From Candidatus Omnitrophota bacterium (lineage in GTDB: Bacteria > Omnitrophota > Gorgyraeia > 2-01-FULL-45-10 > JBDRSA01): a DNA stretch of 42,583 nucleotides. Positions 1 through 10,800 of this stretch are shown here, piece after piece. The notes beneath the pieces are model-generated. The model did not search any database. It worked only from the letters and a program-made list of their open reading frames with translations, and was not told the origin of the DNA. Where the stretch lies: assembly GCA_043825275.1 (NCBI GenBank), contig JBDRSA010000025.1, forward strand, positions 1 to 42,583, written 5' to 3'. Each line of letters begins with the position of its first letter. Position 1 is the stretch's first letter. Position numbers and translations under genes: made by a program.

Positions 1-2
1 GG

Positions 3-1400
3 CTGCAGCTTGCCCGGGCGTTCCACGACAAGAGATTTTTTGAGAACTCCATGCTTGAGTCGAAAAAAGTACTTGAGGCCGAGCCGGAGAATAGCGGCGC
101 GCTGCTGATCTTAGGGGCTTCCTATTTGTCGATGGGGCAGACGAAAGAGGCGCGCGCGCAATTCGAGAAGATGGTCAGGCTCGATCCCGAAAACGCCTGG
201 GGAAATATCTATCTCGCGAAGATAGACCTCGACGAAGGGGAGGCCGAACGTTGCATTACGCGGGCGCGGAATTTTCTCGCGGGCGATCCCGATCAGCATC
301 TGCTCAGGAATATTCTCGGTACCGCGTACGCGAGAAAGAAAGATTATGACGAGGCTGAAAAAATATTCAAGAAGATCATGCGGGAGAACCCCGAATTTAC
401 CGTCGCGCGAATAAACCTGATCCAGCTCTATTATCGATCGGACCGCAGCGGCGAAGCGGTCGAAGCGGCAAAAGCGTTTTTAGAGGAACAGCCTGATTCT
501 CCCGAGGCGCGCTTTATTCTGGCGGTAAGCTATCGAAAGGACGGAAAGCTTGAGGACGCGCTGCGTGAACTCGAGGCGCTGATCGAGGCGCGGACATACA
601 ATGCCGCGGTTTTACTCGAAGCCGCGGAAACCTACCGCGGTATGGGAGACAATGAAAAAACGGAAGAATATTACAATCTGACGATCGCCGCTGAGCCGAG
701 GCTGATCAGGCCGTATGTCGGACTGGCCACGCTGTACGAAGAGATGGGCAACGAGAAAGCGGCGATGACGCAGTATGAAGTGCTCCTGCAGTTAACGAAC
801 CGGCCGCCATCGATCGTCTACAACAATCTCGCCGCTTTATACGCGAAACACCGGGAAAAACTGCGGGAAGCGCTGGATATCGCAAAACAGGCGGTTTCGC
901 TGTCGCCCGAAGACGGGCTGGTGCTCGATACGCTCGGCTGGCTTTATTATCTGAACGGTTTATACGATCAGGCGATCGAGACCCTTGAACAGGCAAAGCG
1001 GTTAGAGTCGGACCATCCCGCCGCATATTATCATCTCGGCATTGTGCAGTATGAGATAGGTGATCTCGCGAATGCGGCTCAGAATCTCGGACGGGCGATA
1101 AGCCGCGTGTCAGCCGAATTCCCCGAAGCGAATAACGCCGAGAGGATAAAAGCCGCCGTTGTGTTTGAACAGCAGGGGATGCGCGGTGAAGCGCTCGGCG
1201 AGCTTAAGGCGATCCTCGGGGACGAGCCCGAGAACGCTGTCGTGCTTCTCGCGATGGCAAAATTATACGATACCATGGGGATGAAGGAAGACGCGATCTT
1301 CTACTATGAAAAGGCGCTTATGGCCAGGCCGTCGTTAACAAAGGCCCGTGTCCGGCTCGATGAGATCTATCGGGAGCTTGGGGGGAGAAAGGCGGAGTAG
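3..1400 (+). CDS. TPR-repeat protein, probably 5'-truncated by the window edge
   Basis: The ORF track gives 51-1400. The frame stays open back to nt 3 (LQLARAFHDKRFFENS precedes the first ATG). Many 34-aa-like helical-pair repeats are present, e.g. GLVLDTLGWLYYLNGLYDQAIETLEQA and AAYYHLGIVQYEIGDLANAAQNL. Confidence 0.8.
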   Translation: MQLARAFHDKRFFENSMLESKKVLEAEPENSGALLILGASYLSMGQTKEARAQFEKMVRLDPENAWGNIYLAKIDLDEGEAERCITRARNFLAGDPDQHLLRNILGTAYARKKDYDEAEKIFKKIMRENPEFTVARINLIQLYYRSDRSGEAVEAAKAFLEEQPDSPEARFILAVSYRKDGKLEDALRELEALIEARTYNAAVLLEAAETYRGMGDNEKTEEYYNLTIAAEPRLIRPYVGLATLYEEMGNEKAAMTQYEVLLQLTNRPPSIVYNNLAALYAKHREKLREALDIAKQAVSLSPEDGLVLDTLGWLYYLNGLYDQAIETLEQAKRLESDHPAAYYHLGIVQYEIGDLANAAQNLGRAISRVSAEFPEANNAERIKAAVVFEQQGMRGEALGELKAILGDEPENAVVLLAMAKLYDTMGMKEDAIFYYEKALMARPSLTKARVRLDEIYRELGGRKAE

Positions 1401-1405
1401 GTTTT

Positions 1406-1442
1406 GGGTGCGAAGCATGAGGTGTGAGGCGTGAGGTTCGCG
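1406..1442. repeat. Degenerate heptamer array just after the TPR stop codon
   Basis: gggtgcg aagcatg aggtgtg aggcgtg aggttcg: five 7-nt units starting 6 nt after the stop at 1398-1400. Confidence 0.6.
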
Positions 1443-1456
1443 CCATTTCCCTCTTC

Positions 1457-1629
1457 GTCATTGCGAATCCCGCGTTATTCCTATCTGTCATTGCGAGGAG
1501 CGTCAGCGACGAAGCAATCTCCCGAGCGTAGTCCTGAGTTAACCGAAAGACGAAGCGAGGGCCTCTTTTATTAATTCTGACAGAGATTCGTCGTCCGCCG
1601 CCTTCGGTGTCGAGACTCCTTGCAATGAC
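1457..1629. repeat. MITE-like nested palindromic element, copy E1
   Basis: A partial gtcattgcgaa lies at 1457. The full left end gtcattgcgaggag...gacgaagcaatctcccgagcg lies at 1487. The right end is gagattcgtcgtccgccgccttcggtgtcgagactccttgcaatgac. The termini are reverse complements (GTCATTGCGAG / CTTGCAATGAC), as in the six other copies. Confidence 0.8.
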
Positions 1630-1663
1630 ATTTTAAGTAAATAGCAGATTTTAGCAAGTTTTT

Positions 1664-1698
1664 GGTGCATTTAAACGAACAAAATGCACCCATTTTTT
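1664..1698 (+). terminator. Rho-independent terminator candidate after the TPR gene
   Basis: Perfect 9-bp stem ggtgcattt (1664-1672) / aaatgcacc (1682-1690) with a 9-nt loop, followed by cattttttg. Confidence 0.65.
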
Positions 1699-1740
1699 GT
1701 GGTATATTCGTTAAAAGATAAAATATTTAGTAATTCGCCC

Positions 1741-1768
1741 TTGCATATTTAGTTATTACTATTATACT
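1741..1768 (+). promoter_or_regulatory. Sigma70-like promoter candidate for the giant-gene pair
   Basis: TTGCAT (1741-1746), 16-nt spacer, TATACT (1763-1768), in a strongly AT-rich 190-nt stretch upstream of the G1 ATG. A GAAGGA Shine-Dalgarno-like site lies 7 nt before the ATG at 1833. Confidence 0.4.
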
Positions 1769-1832
1769 TATACGGTTTACCGAAATTAAAAGAATATAAC
1801 ACTTAATCTACTGTATTTAAAGAAGGACTTGT

Positions 1833-4800
1833 ATGGGGCAAGGGCAGATACAGAAGAGAAATTCTATCTTTATGAAGGCCGTATCGTGGATACTGGTCTT
1901 CACCTTCCTTTTTTCAAACTCCCTATTTGCCGAAGTTCTCACCGAACGTACCCACACGCTCGTTCCTTTCTACGCGACATCCGACAAAAAAGATATTGAA
2001 GAGGTCTCAGACGGCGTCAGGTGGTCCCCCGCCGCCGGCGAAACGCTTCGCGATAGAAGCCAGCGTCTCCGGGAAGATTTTAATACGGCTATAGCCGCGG
2101 TGGCCGCGAGAAAACTAGAGAAAAGTCTCGGAACCCAGGACGACTCTGATCCGGTCGGCAAAGACGAAGCGCTTGATGATCTTAGATACAAGCTTGATCT
2201 CGCGCGGAGGATTGACGGGAATTCGCCTGTTCGAGTGGCGGCTCTTAATAATATCAGCAGTAGATTAGCCCATAATATCAATACTGGCGCACCTCTCCAG
2301 GACAGCTCCTCCGGAGATCTTCTCCGGGGCGCGATCGACAAAGCGATCGAAGATTCAAAAAATGCGAGCCGAGACACTGCTGCTCCTCTTTTTAAAACCA
2401 GCAAACCAGGAAACCAGCAAACCTATCAACCGATTTTTCGCCGCTCGCCGAGCGGAGAGGGCATAGCGGATAGCGCAAAGGGCAAAGCGGATAGTGTTCA
2501 GCGCCAGTCGCCTACAAGCGCGGCTTCTGGTATGCCGGCGCGCGCGAAAACGGGGTATGTCACCGTGAATTTGTCTTCTTCAGCCGATCCCAAGGAGAAG
2601 GGATATTGGGGGAATATGTCACTCATCCAAAGGTTAAGGGCGATACCGAATGCTCTTTTGCACGAGGGGCTCCATGCGGCCGCGGACCTGTTCAGGGGGG
2701 AGATCGATCTTAAAAAAGGCCGCTACATACATAAAGCTCCAAACGCTTCACTGCACGATATATTTATAACCCTCGCGGCGCCCGTGGGAGGGATTCTCAT
2801 ACCGGCTTTTGCTCTCTGGAAAAGCGCCAAAGATATTATGGCCGCGGGGTATCCGGCCGGGTCATTGCTCTACTTTTCCGTATTAGTATTCACTACCTAT
2901 ATCGTAGGGAATTACGCGAAAAATTTCATTATAGCAGGGCACAAAGGTATCGTATCGGGACGGCAAAACATTTATGCGCTCCGCCCCGGCGCGGCATTCG
3001 CGATAGGCGGCTTCTATGCTGTTACAACGGCGGTAGTCAGCGGTGTAGCCATCTATAAACTGCTTCATGAGTGGCCCGCGCTTTTGATCGGGATGATGCT
3101 CGTATTAACAACGTTCGAGATCGATTTTATCGTGAGCGGATTTTATAATCTATTTTCGCACACCATTACGGCGGATGGTCCGCGCGCGAGGAACAAGCTG
3201 CGTATTCGCCGTTACGCGAAAGAAGCCAGGGAGATCTATCTCAATGTAGATAGATCCTTTGTCGATATGATCGAAGCCAGAGGAGAGACGTTCCACGGCA
3301 GAGCAGGGGATATCCTGAACTCAATATATACTGCTGAGGATGATGAAACGATCTATGGAATGTTTGCCGAGCGCTTTACCGGCGCGGAAGAGATGGAACA
3401 GGTAAAGCGTTTCGTTGTTTTTGCGCGCGCCTGGGAGACAAACCCCAACGCCCGGAGATTGAACGAGCTGCTCGGCCGTTTTACGGCGATCGAGCTCCTC
3501 TACAAAATTCTTAATGAAGAAAATGGCGAGATACTCGAGCAGAAGATAACCGGCAGCAGAAACCCGCATATGGGCGAAGATCAGAAACCCTACTATGATC
3601 TGGCGTGCGGCTTTATTCCCTTGTTCTGTTTTCAAAAGCTTTTGCGGGATCGTGAGTATGTTTTTGTGGACAATAATCCATTCGAAGTCGCGCATCTTGA
3701 TGAGATGAAAAGACTTTTGAGGATCCCCGATAATGTAAAAATAAGAGAGAGCGAAATATCCGGCATGGATGACGTCGCCCCGGAAAGCCTCGGCACGCTC
3801 CGCCTCGGCAGCCTGGGAGGGGAAGTCGATATCGACAGCCTGCCATACGAACGTTTTGCGGGGTGGATGGCGCCCGGCGGCCAGATCATCGTGGAGTATT
3901 TTGCGGCGGAAACGCGCGGCCTCAGTAAAAATATCGAGATAGTCGACCGGCTGCGAAGCGTGATCGGCGAGGGACGGCAAAACGAATGGAGTTATACCCG
4001 CGGCTATTATGACGCTGACGATGAATTCCATGAATTCGTAGCGGGCCCGATAACCGATGAGCTCGCTTTCAGCACCGTGCATATCTTTACCAGATCTCCC
4101 GAGGCCGGCCCGCCTGCCGTATTGCCCGACGGGCCGCGTCATACCGCGCCTGATACCCCCCGCAGATCACCGAGCGCGGATACGCATGACGAATCGCGCC
4201 AGGCGCCGAGCGTAGTACATCAGCGGATATTCGAAGAAGAGCTTGTCTGGCTCATACAACACGATACCCCGGGATCGAATAAAAAAATAGAACGAACAGA
4301 AGAAATCAGGCAGCAGCGTATAAGGCGGTATCGGCCGGTATTTGATTTTCTTATGGATACGGCGCGTCTCTCAATACAGGACCTGAGAAGATACCGCGAA
4401 CTATTTAGATCAGACCCGGATATCAAATGGGACTTCCTCACCGGAAACCCGTCAGAGGTCATAGAGGTAGATGGAGTTCGCTACCCCAAGCTCGGCATAC
4501 AACCAAAAAAGATCAGGCAGGAATTGGTGCTTCTTATATTAAGCATCCCCGACAACCTCTACCCAACATGGGATTATCTCACCGGAGACCCGCCAGAGAC
4601 CATAGAGATAGATGGAATTCGCTACCCCAAGCTCGGTATGGCACCCGAAAGGATCAGAGGAGCTCCGCGAATTCTTTTGGCAAATGTCCGCAGCAGCCTC
4701 TATCCGACCTGGGCATTCCTGGTGAACCAGGCACGCATGAATAGGGGGCGAATAAGCCAAAGAGTGCTCATGTATTCGCTCGATGGCAAGAGAAGAACTC

Positions 4801-7800
4801 CCTGTTCAGGCACGAGGATGAGGGTGGCGTATTTTACTATCCACGGGATACGATATCGGGAAAGGCCGAGCATACTTACCGCTTCTCGGTTAGAGCTGCG
4901 AAATGAATACCATATTGACATAAATGACTTAGAGAAGTTTTGGCGTGATATTTGGATGCCGAGAGAAGATATGCTGCATGATATCCAAAACGCCGTAGCG
5001 TCAGGTATCCCGGGAGACCAGGTTGACACCAAGGCGCTTTCAGACGCCTTCAGGACTTTGAGGGTCCTGTCGGACGATCATCTCTATTACACAGGCCAGA
5101 GAGACCCTTTGAGCGCGCATATTACATCTACTATCGCGCCGTATTTAGAGCATATTCAGGATTCGCAACACCGAGAACAGGCGCGTACGTTCCTTGGGAA
5201 CCTTCAGGAGCTTCCGACGCATGTGCAGCCTGAAACGGCTGTCGGTGACCCCCGCCGATCTCCGAGCGCCGACAAAAGCGACCCGCGCGTCTACGGTGAG
5301 CGGGGTGCGGAGTCGGTTGCGCACATTGTAAGTTACAGGCCGCAAGAGGTTGCCTCACCCGAAGTCATGTTTATTTCGGGGGCCTACACTTGCACCGGCA
5401 TAGCGGTCTTCGACCCAAAAACCGGCCGCTATATCGGATTTCATGAATTCAATTTTAGAAGCCGGGATGTTAGCAGGATCGTAGAAGAACTGAACAGACG
5501 CTCAGTCGATATATCGACCGCTCGTTTTCTCTTTTTCGGTAATAGCCCAGGGAAGAACGAGATAACCACCTTAAAGGAAAAGAGCCTGAAAAAGGACGGA
5601 TCCTTAAACGAAGAAATGTTCAGGGAAGCGCGTCAGGCATATCTCCGCGAAATCGCCAGGAGCCGAGCGGCAATACTCAGATGCCTTGCCGAAAAAGGGG
5701 TTACCGAAGATCGGGTCACCATGCTTATGACCGATCTTGACGATCCGAACGCCGAAGGCATGAATCACGAGGCTGTTGTCGACGCGGCAACAGGAATGAT
5801 CCTGGTGTACCGCAATGAGACTGAACCCAATACGAGGTTCGGAGAAAAAGATAGTATTAAGCATCCTCCCGAAGTCGTTACGCTTGATGAGTCGGTATCG
5901 TTCGATGCTGCCGCAAGGGACGCCGGCATTGCCGATCTTGAGCGGATCATTAATCTGTACCTGGCGAAGATCAGCGTCTTAAACAAGAATCATGATGACG
6001 ATGGTCATGAAACACCGCGCGGTCCTTCGACAGGCTCAGGACGAGAGTCACCGAGCGGGGGGCGAAAAAATCTTGACGAGGTGTACCTGACAGACGCAAG
6101 ATCCCGAATCGACCGCTATCTCGAAGTCGCAAAATCGGCATGTGCCGATCAGGAAGAGGGCGAATGGCTGCTTCCAGAATATGTTGTATCCAATGAAGCG
6201 TATCCGACAGTGATGCCGCATCTTGAAAGGGCGCTTCAAGAGGGGAAGATCAAGCAGGGAGGGATATATGCCGGCGTTGGGTTTGAGCAAAATTTATCTT
6301 TTATCGGCGCCCTTAAGCCTGCGCGGGCGGTTATTATTGAAAGAAATCATTCTATAACCAAAGTTATCTTACCTGTTTTTCTTGAGTATATATCGAGATT
6401 CTCGAGCAGGGAAGCGCTTATTGATGAGCTTATGAGGGAATGGAACGGCCGGGTGCGGCGAGATCTCTGGACGATCGCGCGAGAGTCTCTTCCCGAAGAA
6501 CTGCGGCACCGTGCCTGGCAGATGTGGGGGGCGGATAGCGACTGCGCGGCGTATATACAAAGATTGATCGATCCGGCCACCTTTCTTCTCTGGCAGATGC
6601 CGGGCTGTTGGCTTTCGAATGATAGCTCCTTCGAGACCGTAAAAACTATGTGGCTTGAAGGAAAACTTTCGGCTGTTTCGGGGAACTGGGAAGGCGAAAC
6701 GCCGAAGAAGGTCGCTGAGCTTGTTGGTGAGCCGGCTGACTATATGTATCTATCGAATATTTTTCGTTTTAACGCAAAGAATAATCCGGACCTCTTCCCA
6801 AAGATCGCCTCGGACCTCTCGAATAACTTGCGTGTGCTTGCCCGTACGGGTGATCCGGTCATTTTGGAAGTAGGCAATAGCGGCAGAAACGATATTTTAG
6901 AAAGACCGCTCAGTTCAAACTTTCGGGTTAGAACGCCGGACGGGGTCGAACACGACATTTCACAAGCATGGCATGATTCTCGGCGCTCTGAAAGGCCGGT
7001 CATCGTTCGGCGTCTCAGTGTTTCGTTTTATGATTTCTTTGCCGATGTCGAAAAGGACGAAGCCGCCAAGGCGCGGACACCCGCATACGGCGCGAATGGC
7101 GAACCCTTCTATTTTTCTGAATTTATCGCGATGCATTCTCTCCTCGGCAGCATTGGAAACATCTGTATCTACGCGCCGGAGAGAAGTTCTCTTGAGGACG
7201 ACCCTGTTTCTTTGGATATTCTCTATGACCTCAGGAGCGCTTTTGACAGCAAACGATCGATCGTCCCTTTAAGCGTTACCGGCATGATGAAGTCTCATAT
7301 CGCGCGCCATTTACGGAAAGCCCAAAGGAGCGCGCTCCCCGAACACCGTGGCGTTTACGAGATGTTTATTGAGAGGATGGAGCGAGAGGGGATCATTGCG
7401 CGTGTGCCGGAAGCGGCGCCGGATTACCGCGATTCTTTAGATTCCAGGCGCGCCTCGCCGACGGCGGACGATGAAGCGTCAAGAAAGCCGTCAGCGGGTA
7501 AGCCCGAGCTTCTTCCCGCGATGTTCGGCATCTTTGCCGGCAACTACCGATCGGTGATGAGCGATGAAGAGCTTGAGAACGCTGATCTTTTTACAAGAAT
7601 GCGGCTGGTAAATGAAATGCTGCGCGATATCGGCGCGGAGTATGTCATAACGCCGCGCGCAAGGCTCGGGTTTCATCTTTTGACGTCACTTGCAGACAAT
7701 CCGATTCTTAAAGGTTTCCGGGCGAATCTCGAAACCGCTATTACCGATATCCGGCCGGAACAGACCAAAGAAGATGTTTCCCGCAAGCTTGCTTCGAGCA

Positions 7801-10800
7801 TGTCGAGATCACCCGATCTCAGCGAACAGGGTTTCGGGGCCCTATTCGTTGAGATCGCCCTGGGCATTATGCCGAGGCTTACCGGCCAGCGGGTCGCTTG
7901 GGGTATATTTTCGGGTCGGCAAGAACTTCTTTTCGCCAACACCCCGGAAGAAATATTGTGGCGGGATCTTTATCGCGCGGCGAGATTCCAGGTGTTCGGC
8001 AACAGTTTACAGGACCCGGAGATTCTCTATGACTTTATGCGGCCGCAGTGGGAAGCGCTTGAGAAGAAGTCACAGGATCCGAACCTGCCGCTTGAATTGA
8101 GCCCGGGGTATCTCTATATCGGCAGAGAGCAAGGCCTGTTCGAAGCGGCCGCAGCCGGAGAGGTAGGTCCGGAACATAACGACAAGATCGAACTTGCGAG
8201 ACTCGGCCACATTTGGGCCAATCCATTCGGTCGGGGAATGCGTTCTGAAGATCCGGCGGTATATGTTCTTCCGGCCGAAAGGTTTAATGAGCTCGCTCGG
8301 CAAGAAAAAGCGAGCATAAAGATCGTCAAAGTCGATTTGGGTAAGAGCAAAAGACATCCGCATCCTTATCTGCGGATCGCGGGTAATTTAGCTATCGACG
8401 AGTTTGTCGAGATCTGGGTGTCGCAAGATACGTATGATCGTTGCCGGGAGATGATGCGATCCGGCGGAGCGAACGAGCGTCTTGCGCGGCTTATGGATGC
8501 GGGGACGATCAAGGCAATCCCCGGCTTCCGCCACGAAAGTCTCGGGACCGGTGATGACACGAGGCTCGCCGGGAGAGTTGCCATTGGCAGCTACATGGAA
8601 GAACGCGGGCTCTTTTATAATATTCCGCTCTTCAGAGAAGCGGCGTCAATGCGGCATTCACCCACCGCGGACACGCTCGAAACGATAGAGCGCACGACAA
8701 AAGTTCTTATAGGCGGACAGCCCGAAGATATGCGGGGACTTACCGTTGCTGTGCCGGATAATCTCAAAGAAAGGATCATCGCGGCTGCCGGGAGTCTCAA
8801 GCATTTTGATCCTCTCTATTTTTCTCATGTGTTGCATCATGAGCCCGGTCTTACCGGGATCTCTACGCCGATCGATCATCTCTTTGTTAGGGCGGCAGCG
8901 GCATATTCATTGAGCGCGGTGATCCTTACCTCGCCGGATCCTCCGGCGCTCTACCGGCATTTTTACGCTGTTGTCGAAAGCGTCATGGGTACGGTACGAA
9001 ACGGCGGAGAGTGGATCGGGCGGCTGCAGACAGCAGATGCTCACGATGTCCTGCTGCGCCCACCGTTCGAAAGCCTCGGAGAGTTTAAGCGGACCGTCGA
9101 TCATGACGATATCGAGCTCGGCATCCAACATTACCCGCATCCGTCTACGTGGGAGACTCGTCAGACCTACGGCCGCGATTCATTCGTAACGGGCATGGGG
9201 ATCGAAGAGCTCAAGAATGGCGCCGAGAGTGTTTTCAACAGAAGGATATTTTTATCGATCTATGAAGACCGGGAAAAGGAGACGGTATGGGATTTTGAAG
9301 ATGAGGAGCATGCCAGATTCATCGAGCTCTTGGAGAGGATCGGCATTATCGGCGGCAACGGGATCGTGGCGGTCGTCAAAGGCGACAATAACGAAGGGCC
9401 GGCGCATCTCCTTCCGCTTCTGTGGTACTGGGGACATACGCACGGCAGGCTCCCCTTTGGCGAAGGGAATATATTTAATCCGACCGAACAGGATAAAAGG
9501 ATGGTTCAGGAGATCGGCGCTTTCTACCGGGCGCTTCCCTGGCACCATGCCGCCAGGAGATCCGGCTACTCTCTGACCGATGATCCTGTACGAAGATCAC
9601 CGTCGGCCGAGCGCGGCAAGGCTATCTGGAAAGCGATGAAGGGCAATGAAACGCGGGCAGGCGATAGTGCTGTTGAACCGTTCGTCGTCGATTGGGAGGC
9701 GCGCCCTGGAAGAGTGGTCCGCCGCCCTTCGACAGGCTCAGGGCGAGGCTCGCCGAGCGGGAGCGATGAGAAACCGACTGCCGGGGAACCCGGCAAAAAT
9801 AGAACCGTGCCCATTTCTGATATTTGTGATGGCAGCGGGACTATTGAAGAACTCCAAAATCTCGCGGAAGGTCTTCTCGCGGAGCCAAAAAATCTCGGCA
9901 CTGTCATAGAAGAATTAACAGAAACATACATTTCGCGTGACCCCATGAGCAGGGCAAAGATGAGGGCATTTTTATATGTTTTGGCGGAAACATACGGTAC
10001 CTTTAGGCAAAAGAAGAGCGTTCGGATTCCAAGCGATTATATCAAAACCTTAATACCTTTGGCTGAAGATCTCCTGAAAAAGGATATAGAAAGCGATCGT
10101 CGCGTAGTTGTGGCAGCGAACGAGGATATGACCGCGCTTCGGAAATTATATAAAGAGCTCAAACCCCGAAATCGGTTAAATTACTATTCAATAATGAAAT
10201 CCGCCATTGAGAACGGTTTCGACCTCAGCATACAGAGAGTGATAGGCGATAGAGCCATTGTTGACAAAGAGATTATCGACGATGGTAAGGGCGGCTATAA
10301 CGAAAAAGAAAAGTGGATAGCAATGAATGAGGATATAAGGGTACCCGAAAGCCAGGCAAGAGATTTTGTCGACAAGTTGAAACGCTTCGCCGAAGATACA
10401 TCAAATAAGTTATTCCATAGATTTAGAGCTTACATGATACTTTACGCCGTATTTTTAGAGGAGACAGAAGTTGACGAAAAGACCGGCGAGACCAGACTCG
10501 TCAGGCATGTTGAAACAGCGTTAGCCCCTGACAATGATAGAGCGCGCGCATACTTCGAGAAAGCCCTTGGGCCGGAAGGCGTTCAGGCAAAGGCGATACA
10601 AGAGCTTCTTAATGAAACCCTAAGGAGTGAGCTGAGAAATATATTGTCTGAAAGAATCCGGCGCCGGATAGAGGAAAGAGGCCTTGCCCTGACCATCGAT
10701 GAGTATATAGACAGAATGCTTTCTCCGAAGACCCTGAATGACTATGTGCAAAGCGTGCCGGAATCTTTGCGGAATAAGCGGATAACCGTAAAAAGCGGGG

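Noticed and set aside
2439-2459. The RxSPSG motif DNA as a conserved hairpin (e.g. ccgctcg-c-cgagcgg, cgcct-ac-aggcg, tcccc-agc-gggga)
   Set aside because: Several copies are palindromic, but the loops are 1-3 nt, too short for a stable hairpin. Other copies (e.g. gagtcgccgagcgg) pair over only 3 bp. The palindromy may be a by-product of the codon set for S-P-S-G.
3321-4142. Minus-strand ORFs inside the giant genes (3321-4142, 12168-12851, 23590-24267, 24883-25338 and many shorter ones)
   Set aside because: The + strand frames are open for 11-12.6 kb and carry recognisable motifs. The antisense ORFs show no motifs and no start-site context.
5256-5270. Similarity between the linker motif DNA (gatctccgagcgcc) and the MITE-like core (caatctcccgagcg)
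   Set aside because: The match is only about 10 nt and has a 1-nt length difference. This is suggestive of common ancestry but too short to assert without a statistical alignment of all copies.
6100-6800. G1 segment GGIYAGVGFEQNLSFIG...AVIIERN...YMYLSNIF, resembling an uncharacterised Rossmann-like family with a GVGPEQN...YLSNVE signature
   Set aside because: I only half-remember this family and cannot name it. It is left unannotated pending a profile search.
9435-9494. JAB/MPN (JAMM) metalloprotease-like motif in G1 (GHTHG ... PTEQD)
   Set aside because: In the canonical H-x-H-x7-S-x2-D motif, the Ser/Thr follows the second His after 7 residues. Here it follows after 13, and I could not identify the upstream catalytic Glu with confidence.
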